A DNA stretch of 64,000 bases from Chloroflexota bacterium (GCA_947472995.1 CANJBO010000003.1:22917-86916), one strand, 5' to 3'; shown: positions 26,504-34,941, counted from the first letter of the stretch. Notes: generated by a model not told the origin, from the sequence alone. Numbers and translations: made by a program.

Positions 26504-27544
26504 CTACCGGCTGGTGAATTTCTGGATGCGCTTCCCGTTGTTCACCTCCGCGGTGTACAGGTTGCCCTTCGAATCGGCCGCCAGGTTGTGCACCCACTCG
26601 AACTGCCCGACCTGCCGGCCGCCTCGCCCGAACGAGCCGACGACCTCGAGGCTCTTGCGGTCGAGGATCCACACCTTGAAGTTCGCGCCGTCGGCGACGT
26701 ACAGGAACTGCTGCTCGGGATCGGTGGACAGCTCCATGTCCCACGCCGAGCCGGCGCCCAGCGTCTCGCGGCGGATGAACGCCTCCGTGACGTACGTGCC
26801 GTCCTTCTGGAACACCTGCACGCGGCAGTTCGCACGGTCGGCCGCGTAGACGAGGCCGTCGCGCGCTACCTGCACGGAGTGCACCGCGCTGCGGAACGAC
26901 CGGATCGCCGGCTGCGACGGGTCGTACGGCGGCAGCGCATCATCGTGCGGGCGCTCGCCGTACGCGCCCCAGTGGCGCTTGTACGCCCCGGTCGTCGCGT
27001 CGAAGACGATGATCCGGCGGTTCACGTAGCCGTCCGCGAGGTACACCTCGTTGTCCGCGTCCACGACGTGGATGCCGGCGGTCTGGCCGAGGAGGCGCGT
27101 GTCGTTGCTGCCGCCGGTCTCGCCCGGCTCGCCGAGGACCAGCAGCAGCTTCCCGTCCAGGTCGAACTTCACCACCATGTTGTCGCCGCGCCCCTCGGCG
27201 TCGACGCCGTTGCCGCCGACCCAGATGTGGTCGTCCAGGTCCACGTAGACGCCGTGCTCGCGCCGCGGCCACGGATCGATGACACCGATCCCGCCGAACG
27301 TGTGGATCACGTTCCCCTCCGGGTCGAAGCACAGCACCGGCGGCGCCGGGACGCAGCACTCCGAGGTCGGCGGGACCTGCGCCGCGCCCGCCTCGACGGC
27401 ATCGAGGCTGTTCGGGCGGTGGGCCACCCAGATGTTGTCGTGGGAGTCCACCGCGATGCCGGCGCACTGGCCCAGCATCCAGTTCTCGGGCAGCGGCTTC
27501 GGCCAGCTGGGGTCGACGGTGAACTGCGGGACGGTCTTGTTCAT
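26504..27544 (-). CDS. NHL-repeat PAL-like beta-propeller, tandem paralog
   Basis: ATG 27544 (MNKTVPQFTVDPSWPKP...). It is collinear with the neighbour over its full length, and roughly three quarters of the first ~90 residues are identical by eye. The upstream 109 codons of track ORF 26504..27871 are noncoding-looking. Confidence 0.75.
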   Translation of the reverse strand: MNKTVPQFTVDPSWPKPLPENWMLGQCAGIAVDSHDNIWVAHRPNSLDAVEAGAAQVPPTSECCVPAPPVLCFDPEGNVIHTFGGIGVIDPWPRREHGVYVDLDDHIWVGGNGVDAEGRGDNMVVKFDLDGKLLLVLGEPGETGGSNDTRLLGQTAGIHVVDADNEVYLADGYVNRRIIVFDATTGAYKRHWGAYGERPHDDALPPYDPSQPAIRSFRSAVHSVQVARDGLVYAADRANCRVQVFQKDGTYVTEAFIRRETLGAGSAWDMELSTDPEQQFLYVADGANFKVWILDRKSLEVVGSFGRGGRQVGQFEWVHNLAADSKGNLYTAEVNNGKRIQKFTSR

Positions 27545-27865
27545 GGGTACGCCTTTCGTGATGCGACAGCCGCACACTAAGGCGGACGACCGCCTCGTCA
27601 AGCGTGCGCGCTGCCCGCACGCGCGACGTTCCTTGACGGCCCGCACTCGCTTGCCACGTCCGACATAAGGCGTAGAAGCGATGGCGTCAGGACTCGGCCG
27701 GCAGCGACGGCGCGCTGGACCGACGTCCCTGTCCGAGCCGTCTCCCACCGGCTCGCGAGGGTCACCTCCGTCCCCTGTCCGCCCGCCGGCCGATGCCTGT
27801 TTCACCAGTGCCGGCCTGAGAAAACGGCGTCGTGGACCGGGTCGCGAGAATCCTCGAAAACGCAC

Positions 27866-27893
27866 TTGCAATACGGTCGGTCGGGACTATCAT
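27866..27893 (+). promoter_or_regulatory. candidate promoter TTGCAA-N16-TATCAT
   Basis: Read directly. It lies about 40 nt upstream of the ACAD start, in the 386-bp divergent spacer. Confidence 0.4.
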
Positions 27894-27930
27894 GCGGTGG
27901 CGCTCGACGCTGCTATGGAGGCAAAAAGAT

Positions 27931-29133
27931 ATGGAATTCGCGTACACACCGGCTCAGCGGGCTCTCCAGAAGGAAGTCCAGGACTTCATCGCCAAGGAAG
28001 TCACGCCTGAGGTTGAGGCCGAACAGGACGAGATCGGCCGCGGCCCGCTCGTCGAGGCCGTCTACGACAAGATCAAGGCCAACGGCTGGCGTGCCATCAG
28101 CTGGCCGAAGCAGTACGGCGGCCAGGACGGCAACCGTCTCGACCAGTACATCGTTGAGGAAGAGTTCGCTCGCGTCGGCTTCAGCGTCGGCGGCGGCGGG
28201 TCCGGTGCTCCCACCATCCTTGCGGGTGGCAACCAGGAGCAGAAGGACAAGTACATCGCCAAGCTGATCAGCGGCGAGTGGTCGTTCTGCCAGGGCTTCA
28301 CGGAGCCGCAGGGCGGCGCCGACCTCGCGGGTCTGCAGTGCCGTGCCGTCAAGGACGGCGACGACTACATCATCAACGGCCAGAAGATGTACACGACCGG
28401 CGCCCACCGCGCCACGCACATCTACCTCATGGCCCGCACGGACCCGGACTCCAAGCGGAACGCCGGCATCTCGATCTTCCTGATCCCGATGGACACCCCG
28501 GGCATCACGGTGCGCCCGCTCTGGTCGATCCAGAACGAGCCGCGTGCGCCTCGTGGCACCACGTACGGCGAGAACCGCACCAACGAGACGTTCTTCGAGG
28601 ACGTCCGCGTGCCGGCCAACTGCCTGCTGGGCGAAGAGAACAACGGCTGGAACCTGAGCGCGATGGGTCTGAACCTGGACCGCGTCGGTGCTTCCCGCTA
28701 CCTCATCTCCGTCCGCCGCGACGAGGACATCGTGAACTGGGTCAAGGACCCGGCGAACGCGGACCTCGCTGCGAACATCAAGGACAACCCGTCGGCCCGT
28801 GACCGCATCGCGGAGTGCTGGACCGAGGCGCAGGTGTGCCGCCTGATGACCCTGCGATCGATGTCGATCGTGGAGCACGAGGGCAAGTTCACCTACGAGG
28901 GCTCCGCCGAGAAGGTGTGGGCTCCCGAGCACGGCGTGAAGACGACCGAGACGATCGCTGCGCTGCTTGGCCCCTACGCCCAGCTGCTCAACGGCGCCGA
29001 GGACGCGATCGAGTCGGGCCTGTACGCGCACAACGTCATGGGCGCGTTCCAGTCCGGGATCAACCACGGCTCCACCCAGATCATGCGTGACCAGGTCGCC
29101 CTGCGCGGCCTCGGGCTGCCCCGCAGCCGCTAG
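27931..29133 (+). CDS. acyl-CoA dehydrogenase family protein 1
   Basis: ATG 27931 follows GGAGG. MEFAYTPAQRALQKEVQDFIAKEV, WSFCQGFTEPQGGADLAGLQCRAVKDGDDYIINGQKMYTTG, and a C-terminal GINHGSTQIMRDQVALRGLGLPR. The ACAD N, middle and C domains are all recognisable. Confidence 0.9.
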   Translation: MEFAYTPAQRALQKEVQDFIAKEVTPEVEAEQDEIGRGPLVEAVYDKIKANGWRAISWPKQYGGQDGNRLDQYIVEEEFARVGFSVGGGGSGAPTILAGGNQEQKDKYIAKLISGEWSFCQGFTEPQGGADLAGLQCRAVKDGDDYIINGQKMYTTGAHRATHIYLMARTDPDSKRNAGISIFLIPMDTPGITVRPLWSIQNEPRAPRGTTYGENRTNETFFEDVRVPANCLLGEENNGWNLSAMGLNLDRVGASRYLISVRRDEDIVNWVKDPANADLAANIKDNPSARDRIAECWTEAQVCRLMTLRSMSIVEHEGKFTYEGSAEKVWAPEHGVKTTETIAALLGPYAQLLNGAEDAIESGLYAHNVMGAFQSGINHGSTQIMRDQVALRGLGLPRSR

Positions 29134-29282
29134 GTCACTTAAACGAGTGGCGGGCACGGGCGGCATCGCCGCCCGGCCCGACCCACGGTTTGGTGCGCGC
29201 GACTGCGGTTGCGCGCCGTTGGCCTCGAAGCGAAGTCCGATAAAGGACTCCCGAGGGACTATGACAGTCGGAGGACGGTACC

Positions 29283-30452
29283 TTGGATATCCTGCTGAAC
29301 GAAGAAGAGCAGATGGTGCGCGACGCGGCGCGGAGCTTCCTCGAGTCTGAGACCTCGACGAAGCTCGCCCGTGAGATGGAGAAGGACCCGCTCGGCTACC
29401 CGCCGGCGCTGTGGAAGCAGATCGCTGACCTCGGTTGGGTCGGCATGTGCATCCCGGACCAGTACGGCGGTCAGGGCCTCGGCCTGACGTACCTCGGCCT
29501 CGTGCTCGAGGAGGTCGGCCGGGCGATCGCCCCGCTGCCCCTGCACAGCACCACCGTCCCGGCGATCACGATCGCTGAGTTCGGCTCGGAAGAGATCAAG
29601 CAGGCCGTCCTGCCCGGCGTCTGCAGCGGCGACACGCTGCTCGCGTTCGCCTTCCAGGAGCGCGACCCGCGCATCATCGCCGACGCGATCAAGACGACCG
29701 CCGTGCTGGAGGGCGACAACTACGTCGTCAACGGCACGAAGATGTTCGTCGACAACATCAACACGGCCTCGAAGGTCCTGACCGTTGTCCGCAAGCCGGG
29801 CACCACCGGTCGCGACGGCCTCTCGCTGCTGCTGATCGACACCGACGCTGCTGGCCTGACCCAGACCCTTGAGGTCACCACGGCGAAGGACAAGCAGGGC
29901 CGCGTCGACCTGAACAACGTGAAGGTCCCGAAGAGCGCGCTCATCGGTGAAGAGGGCAAGGGCTGGCCGATCGCCGAGAAGATGCTCGACGTCGCCACCG
30001 CGCTCCTCGTCATCCAGATGGAGGGCACCGCCCGCAAGGACGCCGAGATCACCATCGCGTACGCGAAGGAGCGCACCGCCTTCGGTCGCCCGATCGGCGC
30101 GTTCCAGTCCGTGGCGCACATGCTCGCCGACGCGATCATGTGGTGCGACGGCGCGCAGCTGCTGGGCTACGAGGCGCTGTGGGCGCTTGAGAACCGCGGC
30201 AACGCGGGCCTCGAGGTCTCCCAGGCGAAGTCGTTCGCGAACGACCGCCTCCTGCCGGCCTGCCGCATCGGTCAGCAGATCCACGGTGGCATCGGCTTCA
30301 TGATGGAGTTCGACATCGCGCTGTACTACCGGCGTGTTGCGGCTTCGACCATGCGCCTCGGCACCTCGTTCGAGCACCGCGCGCGCATCGCCGCGGCGCT
30401 GATCGACCAGCCGGGCACCGTCCGCCTCGGGGAGCCGATCGCCACCCTGTAA
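29283..30452 (+). CDS. acyl-CoA dehydrogenase family protein 2
   Basis: TTG 29283 follows GGAGGA. MVRDAARSFLE..., LLAFAFQERDPRIIADAIKTTAVLEGDNYVVNGTKMFV, RTAFGRPIGAFQSVAHMLAD and QIHGGIGFMMEFDIALYYRR. Confidence 0.9.
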   Translation: MDILLNEEEQMVRDAARSFLESETSTKLAREMEKDPLGYPPALWKQIADLGWVGMCIPDQYGGQGLGLTYLGLVLEEVGRAIAPLPLHSTTVPAITIAEFGSEEIKQAVLPGVCSGDTLLAFAFQERDPRIIADAIKTTAVLEGDNYVVNGTKMFVDNINTASKVLTVVRKPGTTGRDGLSLLLIDTDAAGLTQTLEVTTAKDKQGRVDLNNVKVPKSALIGEEGKGWPIAEKMLDVATALLVIQMEGTARKDAEITIAYAKERTAFGRPIGAFQSVAHMLADAIMWCDGAQLLGYEALWALENRGNAGLEVSQAKSFANDRLLPACRIGQQIHGGIGFMMEFDIALYYRRVAASTMRLGTSFEHRARIAAALIDQPGTVRLGEPIATL

Positions 30453-30494
30453 GGGAGCGACCCGGACCGACGAGCAGAGAGATAGGAGAACATC

Positions 30495-30692
30495 ATGGCA
30501 ATTGACCCGGTGTGCGGTAAGGAAGTTGACGAGGCGGTCGTGCGCGCCACGACCGGTCAGACCGAGGGTGGCGCCAACGAGGTGGACCCGGCGCAGGGCA
30601 CGCGCCGCTTCCACGACGGCAAGTGGTACTACTTCGACAGCGTCGACTGCCGCTTCCGCTTCATGGCCAACCCGGCCGCGTTCATCAAGTAA
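30495..30692 (+). CDS. YHS/TRASH-domain mini-protein
   Basis: 65 aa. DPVCGKEVDE...GKWYYFDSVDCRFRFMANPAAF matches the YHS pattern (C-G-x-x-V ... Y-Y-F-x-S-x-x-C-x-x-x-F). Confidence 0.7.
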   Translation: MAIDPVCGKEVDEAVVRATTGQTEGGANEVDPAQGTRRFHDGKWYYFDSVDCRFRFMANPAAFIK

Positions 30693-30698
30693 CCGTTG

Positions 30699-30730
30699 GT
30701 CGAGGCGAGACAGCGATGTCTCGCCTCGAC
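30699..30730 (+). terminator. hairpin terminator after the YHS gene
   Basis: GTCGAGGCGAGACA-gcga-TGTCTCGCCTCGAC, a perfect 14-bp stem 7 nt after the stop. Confidence 0.65.
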
Positions 30731-30886
30731 ATCACGCGCTCCTCGTTCGTCACGGTGGGCGGCCGGTTTCCGGTCCGCAACCCGGTGGCGAGCGTGGGGC
30801 GCGTTGAGCGTCTGCCGAGGCACGCGACCGCGTGAATGCGGCGCGAAACCTCAGGTATCGCGACCTCCGGCTCGATTGACAATCCC

Positions 30887-30895
30887 TGTTATATT
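30887..30895 (+). promoter_or_regulatory. candidate extended -10 promoter element TGTTATATT
   Basis: The TG-N-TATATT motif was read directly in an AT-richer patch (ATTGACAATCCCTGTTATATT) about 170 nt upstream of the HMGL-like gene. Confidence 0.3.
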
Positions 30896-31066
30896 CGCCC
30901 CGATGTGGGTGCGCAGGGAACCAGCGACCGCCATGATCGCCTCGCGCGACCTCGACGGCACCGGTCTCGAGCGACTGGTCGAGGGTGTCGGCGGCGGCAC
31001 CCACAACCGATACCACGACCCCAGGAAATGTTGCTGCGAGCGTACGCAGCAGGAGGAGTTTCTCTC

Positions 31067-32197
31067 ATGGCACGAGAATGGGCCAAGGTCGAAATTGGCG
31101 ATGAGACCATGCGTGAGGGCATGCAGATCGAGGACAAGGACATCCCGGTAGCGGACAAGATCCGCCTCCTGGACGCGCTGTCCAAGACCGGCCTCAAGAG
31201 CATCAACGTGGGTTCGTTCGTCAGCCCGACGTACACCCCGCAGATGGCGAAGATCGACGAGATCGTCACCGGCTTCCACCCGGAGCCCGGCGTCCGCTAC
31301 ACCGCGCTCGCGCTGAACGAGCGTGGCGTGCAGCGCGCGCGCGAGTACTCGCCGCCGCTGACGATCGGTCGCGGCAACCCGTCGCTGGGTGTGCACATGT
31401 GCGACATCTTCATCCGCCGCAACGCGAACCGCAGCCAGGCGGACGAGATCGCCCGCTGGGAGGGCACGATCGCCGCGGCGAAGGAGAACGGCGCGAAGGA
31501 AGCCGGCATCGGCAACAACGCCTCGTGGGGCTCGAACTTCACGGGCGAGGTCTCCATGGAGCGCCGCTTCGAGATGCTGGAGCGCCAGCACAAGCTCTGG
31601 GACGAGGCCGGCATCAAGGTCACCTCGATCTCGCTGGGTGACCCCATGGGCTGGTGCCGCCCGTGGATCGTCAAGGACGACATCCTGGAGATCAAGAAGC
31701 GCTGGCCGGAGATCGTGAACTGGCGCTTCCACTTCCACAACGGTCGTGGCCTCGCGCTGGCGTGCACGTACGCCGCCCTCGACGTGCTCGAGGCGAAGGA
31801 CACGCTGCACATCGACACCGCTGTCGGCGGCATCGGCGGCTGCCCGTACTGCGGCTCGGGCCGCGGCATGGGCATGGCCCCGACCGAGGACATCGTCAAC
31901 ATGCTCAACGAGATGGGCATCGAGACCGGCATCGACATCTACAAGGTGATCGAGTGCGTGTGGATGCTCGAGGAGATCCTCGGCCGCTCGACGGTCGGCA
32001 TGGTCGGCAAGGTGGGCCCGATGCCGCGCGGCAGCAAGCTCTACGACCCGAACCTCCCGTTCGTCGAGACGTTCGCCCAGAGCCGCCACTTCATCAAGGG
32101 CCCGTCGGTCCTGGGCGACGACGCGGTGTACCCGTGGTCGAAGCCGATCGAGAGCGACCAGAAGGAAGAGGCGTTCTCCACCGCGAAGGCCAAGTAG
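31067..32197 (+). CDS. divergent HMG-CoA lyase-like (HMGL-like / pyruvate carboxyltransferase fold) enzyme
   Basis: ATG 31067 follows AGGAGGAG. GDETMREGMQIE aligns with EVGPRDGLQNE, SINVGSFVSPTYTPQMA with SFVSPKWVPQMA, FHFHNGRGLALA with HxHDTxGxAxAN, and VGGIGGCPYCGSGRGMGMAPTEDIVNML with GLGGCPYA...GNxxTEDL. Confidence 0.8.
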   Translation: MAREWAKVEIGDETMREGMQIEDKDIPVADKIRLLDALSKTGLKSINVGSFVSPTYTPQMAKIDEIVTGFHPEPGVRYTALALNERGVQRAREYSPPLTIGRGNPSLGVHMCDIFIRRNANRSQADEIARWEGTIAAAKENGAKEAGIGNNASWGSNFTGEVSMERRFEMLERQHKLWDEAGIKVTSISLGDPMGWCRPWIVKDDILEIKKRWPEIVNWRFHFHNGRGLALACTYAALDVLEAKDTLHIDTAVGGIGGCPYCGSGRGMGMAPTEDIVNMLNEMGIETGIDIYKVIECVWMLEEILGRSTVGMVGKVGPMPRGSKLYDPNLPFVETFAQSRHFIKGPSVLGDDAVYPWSKPIESDQKEEAFSTAKAK

Positions 32198-32233
32198 TCT
32201 TCGTGCGGGTGAACGCAGTCGGCAACGACTGAA

Positions 32234-32269
32234 CGACCGGCCGGCAGAGCAATCGCTCTGCCGGCCGGT
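32234..32269 (+). terminator. strong rho-independent terminator
   Basis: GACCGGCCGGCAGAGC-aatc-GCTCTGCCGGCCGGTC, a perfect 16-bp stem followed by TGTTTGTG. A further hairpin GCCCGCATCCG...CGGATGCGGGC lies at 32321..32357. Confidence 0.8.
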
Positions 32270-32400
32270 CTGTTTGTGCGCCGCTCGTCTCCAGCAGTCG
32301 GTCCGTCGAGGCATGAAGAAGCCCGCATCCGCGCCACGACTCGGCACGGATGCGGGCTACGTTGTGTCGAGGTGCCTCGACGCGTGTCGCGCGAGCGCGG

Positions 32401-33132
32401 CTACGGCTTCGGGCGCTCCAGCAGGACGGTAGCGCCCATGCCGATGTACTTGTCGCGCAGGTTGAAGTCGTAGCTGCGGTAGGCGAGCTTCGCGCCGGTG
32501 CCCTCCAGGGCCTTCACGGCGTACTCCACGCACGCGTCGTCGGAGACGGCGAGCGGGTGGTGCGGGTTCAGGTTGCGGTCGATCGTGAGGTCCGACGGTC
32601 CCCACGAGATGCAGTCCACGCCCGGCGCGGCGAGCATCGGGATGTTGCAGATCGCCTGGATCGACTCAACCTGGATCCAGAGCACGCCGTAGCTGTTCCA
32701 CCACGAGGTGTACTCGGGGATGCCGGACCGCTCGTCCTGCCCGACGCGCGCCGCGCCGCCCCAGCTGCGCTTGCCCTGCGGGCGGAAGTATGTGAAGTCC
32801 ACCGCGTCGCGCACGGTCTCCTCCGTCTCCGACTGGGGCACCTCGATCATGCTGGGGCCGAGGTCGAACCAGTTGCCGACCTGGAACGCGTAGCGCGTGT
32901 GCTTGATGCGGAAGTGGACCGGGATGCCCAGCTCCTGTGCGGCCTTCGTGAACTCCACGAGCTTCGTCTCGTCGAGGGGGCTGTGCTGGCTGTCGACGGA
33001 GACGAAGTTGTAGGCCGGGTCCTTCGAGTAGGCCTGCTCGATCTGCGCCTTCGTCGAGCCGATCGGCAGGCCGATGCCGATCGTCGTCTCGCCGCGCTTG
33101 ATGCGCTCCTTCAGGTTCTCTTCGCCGGTCAT
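32401..33132 (-). CDS. HpcH/HpaI-family aldolase / citryl-malyl-CoA-lyase-like enzyme
   Basis: ATG 33132 follows GAGGAG. ERIKRGETTIGIGLPIGS, FVSVDSQHSPLDE, MIEVPQSETEE and VLWIQVESIQAICNI fit the HpcH_HpaI TIM-barrel pattern. Confidence 0.75.
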   Translation of the reverse strand: MTGEENLKERIKRGETTIGIGLPIGSTKAQIEQAYSKDPAYNFVSVDSQHSPLDETKLVEFTKAAQELGIPVHFRIKHTRYAFQVGNWFDLGPSMIEVPQSETEETVRDAVDFTYFRPQGKRSWGGAARVGQDERSGIPEYTSWWNSYGVLWIQVESIQAICNIPMLAAPGVDCISWGPSDLTIDRNLNPHHPLAVSDDACVEYAVKALEGTGAKLAYRSYDFNLRDKYIGMGATVLLERPKP

Positions 33133-33218
33133 GGATGCTCCTCGTCCGTCATGCGCCGTGTGATATCGCGGGTCGGCCGCCACGATACATCGCGCGATCG
33201 AGGTTGCGGGTGCAAACG

Positions 33219-33254
33219 GAGACGCCTCGTGCGGAATTCCGCACGAGGCGTCTC
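33219..33254 (-). terminator. 36-bp perfect palindrome (18-bp arms, centred on GAATTC)
   Basis: GAGACGCCTCGTGCGGAA|TTCCGCACGAGGCGTCTC, checked base by base. It lies 24 nt downstream of the stop of the minus-strand gene 33278..33952. Confidence 0.65.
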
Positions 33255-33277
33255 GGAGTGTCAGGCGAGGGCGCCCG

Positions 33278-33952
33278 CTACGGGTACACGACGATGTGCA
33301 CGCCGAACATCCGGTAGATCGCGGGGCAGGGCGCCATCGGCCCGCAGTTCGGGCCGCCGCCGGCGCGCAGGTCCGTCGAGCCGGCGCCGACGGCGACGTA
33401 CGTGCCCTGCGTGCCCGCGGGCGGCGCGGCGATGTTCACCACCTGCCGCAGCACCTTCGGATCGGGCGTCTCCATCGTCCAGTTCGTGTCCGTGCCGAGC
33501 TTCACCGTCACGGTGTCGCCGACGCGCAGCGCGATCGTCTTGCCCTCGTCCGCGAGCGTGATCGTGCCGGGCGACTGGACCGGTGGCTCGCGCACCAGCG
33601 TCACGGCGAGCGGGCTCATGATCGTGGGGATCGCCGCCTGGAACGCGCCCTGCAGGAACGCCGGAGCGGCCGTCGAGGTGGGCAGCAGCTGGAACACGCC
33701 GCGGCTGTCCTGCACCCAGACGCCGCTGGCGCCGGCCGCCGCACCCGCCGCCTTCAGCCCCTCGATCGAGGAGCCCTGGTACACGGTCAGCGAGAAGCCG
33801 TCGCCGTTGTAGACCGGCGCGGGCTGGAACTGCTGCACGGGCGGCGTGCTCGCGATCGGTGTCGCGGTGGGGGTCTGGGCGAGCGCGCCCGCCGGCAGCG
33901 CGGCGACGAGGACCGCCGTGGCGACGAGGCCGGTGATGAATCGATTTCGCAT
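33278..33952 (-). CDS. secreted hypothetical protein (signal peptide, Pro/Thr linker, beta-rich C-terminal domain)
   Basis: ATG 33952. MRNRFITGLVATAVLVAALPAGALAQTPTATP is a signal peptide with an A-x-A site. The C-terminal ITLADEGKTIALRVGDTVTVKLGTDTNWTMETPDPKVL is faintly chagasin/I42-inhibitor-like, and I do not insist on that. The rest of track ORF 33278..34717 is shadow. Confidence 0.6.
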   Translation of the reverse strand: MRNRFITGLVATAVLVAALPAGALAQTPTATPIASTPPVQQFQPAPVYNGDGFSLTVYQGSSIEGLKAAGAAAGASGVWVQDSRGVFQLLPTSTAAPAFLQGAFQAAIPTIMSPLAVTLVREPPVQSPGTITLADEGKTIALRVGDTVTVKLGTDTNWTMETPDPKVLRQVVNIAAPPAGTQGTYVAVGAGSTDLRAGGGPNCGPMAPCPAIYRMFGVHIVVYP

Positions 33953-34155
33953 GGTTGGTTCCCTTCGTACCCGCCGCGGTGGCGACGTGTGATCGTGGGA
34001 CGCTGTCGCCCGCGCGATCGTTCCATATCTCGAGGGCGGATGGGGTGACGCGGAGCGACTGCGAGCGTTTTGCCACTCGTCCGATCGGGGTGATGGCGGA
34101 CGCAGGAACGCCGCCCGCAGGCGGCGTTCCGAATCTCGCAGTGGTCGATGGGCCG

Positions 34156-34791
34156 CTAGGTGCGCGGGTCCGGGGTCGTCCGGAGGTAGGGCTTCACGGC
34201 CGTGTAGCCCTTCGGGAAGAGCTTGTCGGCCTCCTCGTTCGGGACGGCCGGGAGCACGACCACGTCGTCGCCCTGCTTCCAGTTCACGGGGGTCGCGACG
34301 CGGTAGCCGTCCGTCAGCTGGAGCGAGTCGATCACCCGGAGGATCTCGTCGAAGTTGCGGCCGGTGGAGGCCGGGTACGTCAGCGTGAGCCGGACGACGC
34401 CCTTCGGGTCGATGATGAACACCGAGCGCACGGTGCCGGTGGCGGCAGCCTCGCCCTGGAGCATGTCGTACAGGTTCGCGACCTTCCGGTCGGCGTCCGC
34501 CAGCAGCGGGAAGTTCAGCGCCTCGCCCTGCGTCTCCTTGATGTCGCCGACCCACTTCTCGTGCGAGTCGAGCCCGTCCACGCTCAGGCCGATCGCCTTC
34601 ACGTGGCGCTTGTCGAACTCGGGCTTCAGCTTCGCGACCTGGCCCAGCTCCGTGGTGCAGACGGGGGTGAAGTCGGCGGGGTGGGAGAAGAGGATGGCCC
34701 AGTCGTCGCCCTTCCACTCGGAGAAGTGGATCGGGCCCTCGGTGGAGTCCTGCGTGAAGTCCGGGGCGATGTCGCCCAGCCGGATGGTCAT
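34156..34791 (-). CDS. 1-Cys peroxiredoxin (Prx6 type)
   Basis: ATG 34791. MTIRLGDIAPDFTQDSTEGPIHFSEWKGDDWAILFSHPADFTPVCTTELG contains the canonical PVCTTE peroxidatic-Cys motif. Confidence 0.9.
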   Translation of the reverse strand: MTIRLGDIAPDFTQDSTEGPIHFSEWKGDDWAILFSHPADFTPVCTTELGQVAKLKPEFDKRHVKAIGLSVDGLDSHEKWVGDIKETQGEALNFPLLADADRKVANLYDMLQGEAAATGTVRSVFIIDPKGVVRLTLTYPASTGRNFDEILRVIDSLQLTDGYRVATPVNWKQGDDVVVLPAVPNEEADKLFPKGYTAVKPYLRTTPDPRT

Positions 34792-34941
34792 GGCTGCTTC
34801 CTCTGTGTGCGGGAACTCTATTCCCACTAATGTTGACTAACTTAGTAGTATTTAACCGCGCGGGGAGCGCGACGTCAAGATTAGGCTAGTCCGACGATGT
34901 TACGCGCTGATTCGGTGTCGTCCATCCGTGCGGGCACAAAG

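Noticed and set aside
30876-30896. TTGACA and TATATT hexamers as a classical -35/-10 pair
   Set aside because: They are only 8 nt apart, far from the 16-18 nt required. I retained only the extended -10 reading (TGTTATATT), at low confidence.
16238-32357. Shared (C/T)GAAGAAGCCCGC word at three terminators (16238, 25227, 32315), considered as a possible repeat family
   Set aside because: AAGCCCGCC...GGCGGGCTT stems are generic for rho-independent terminators. The loops and flanks differ, so the similarity probably reflects convergent terminator design rather than a mobile or functional repeat.
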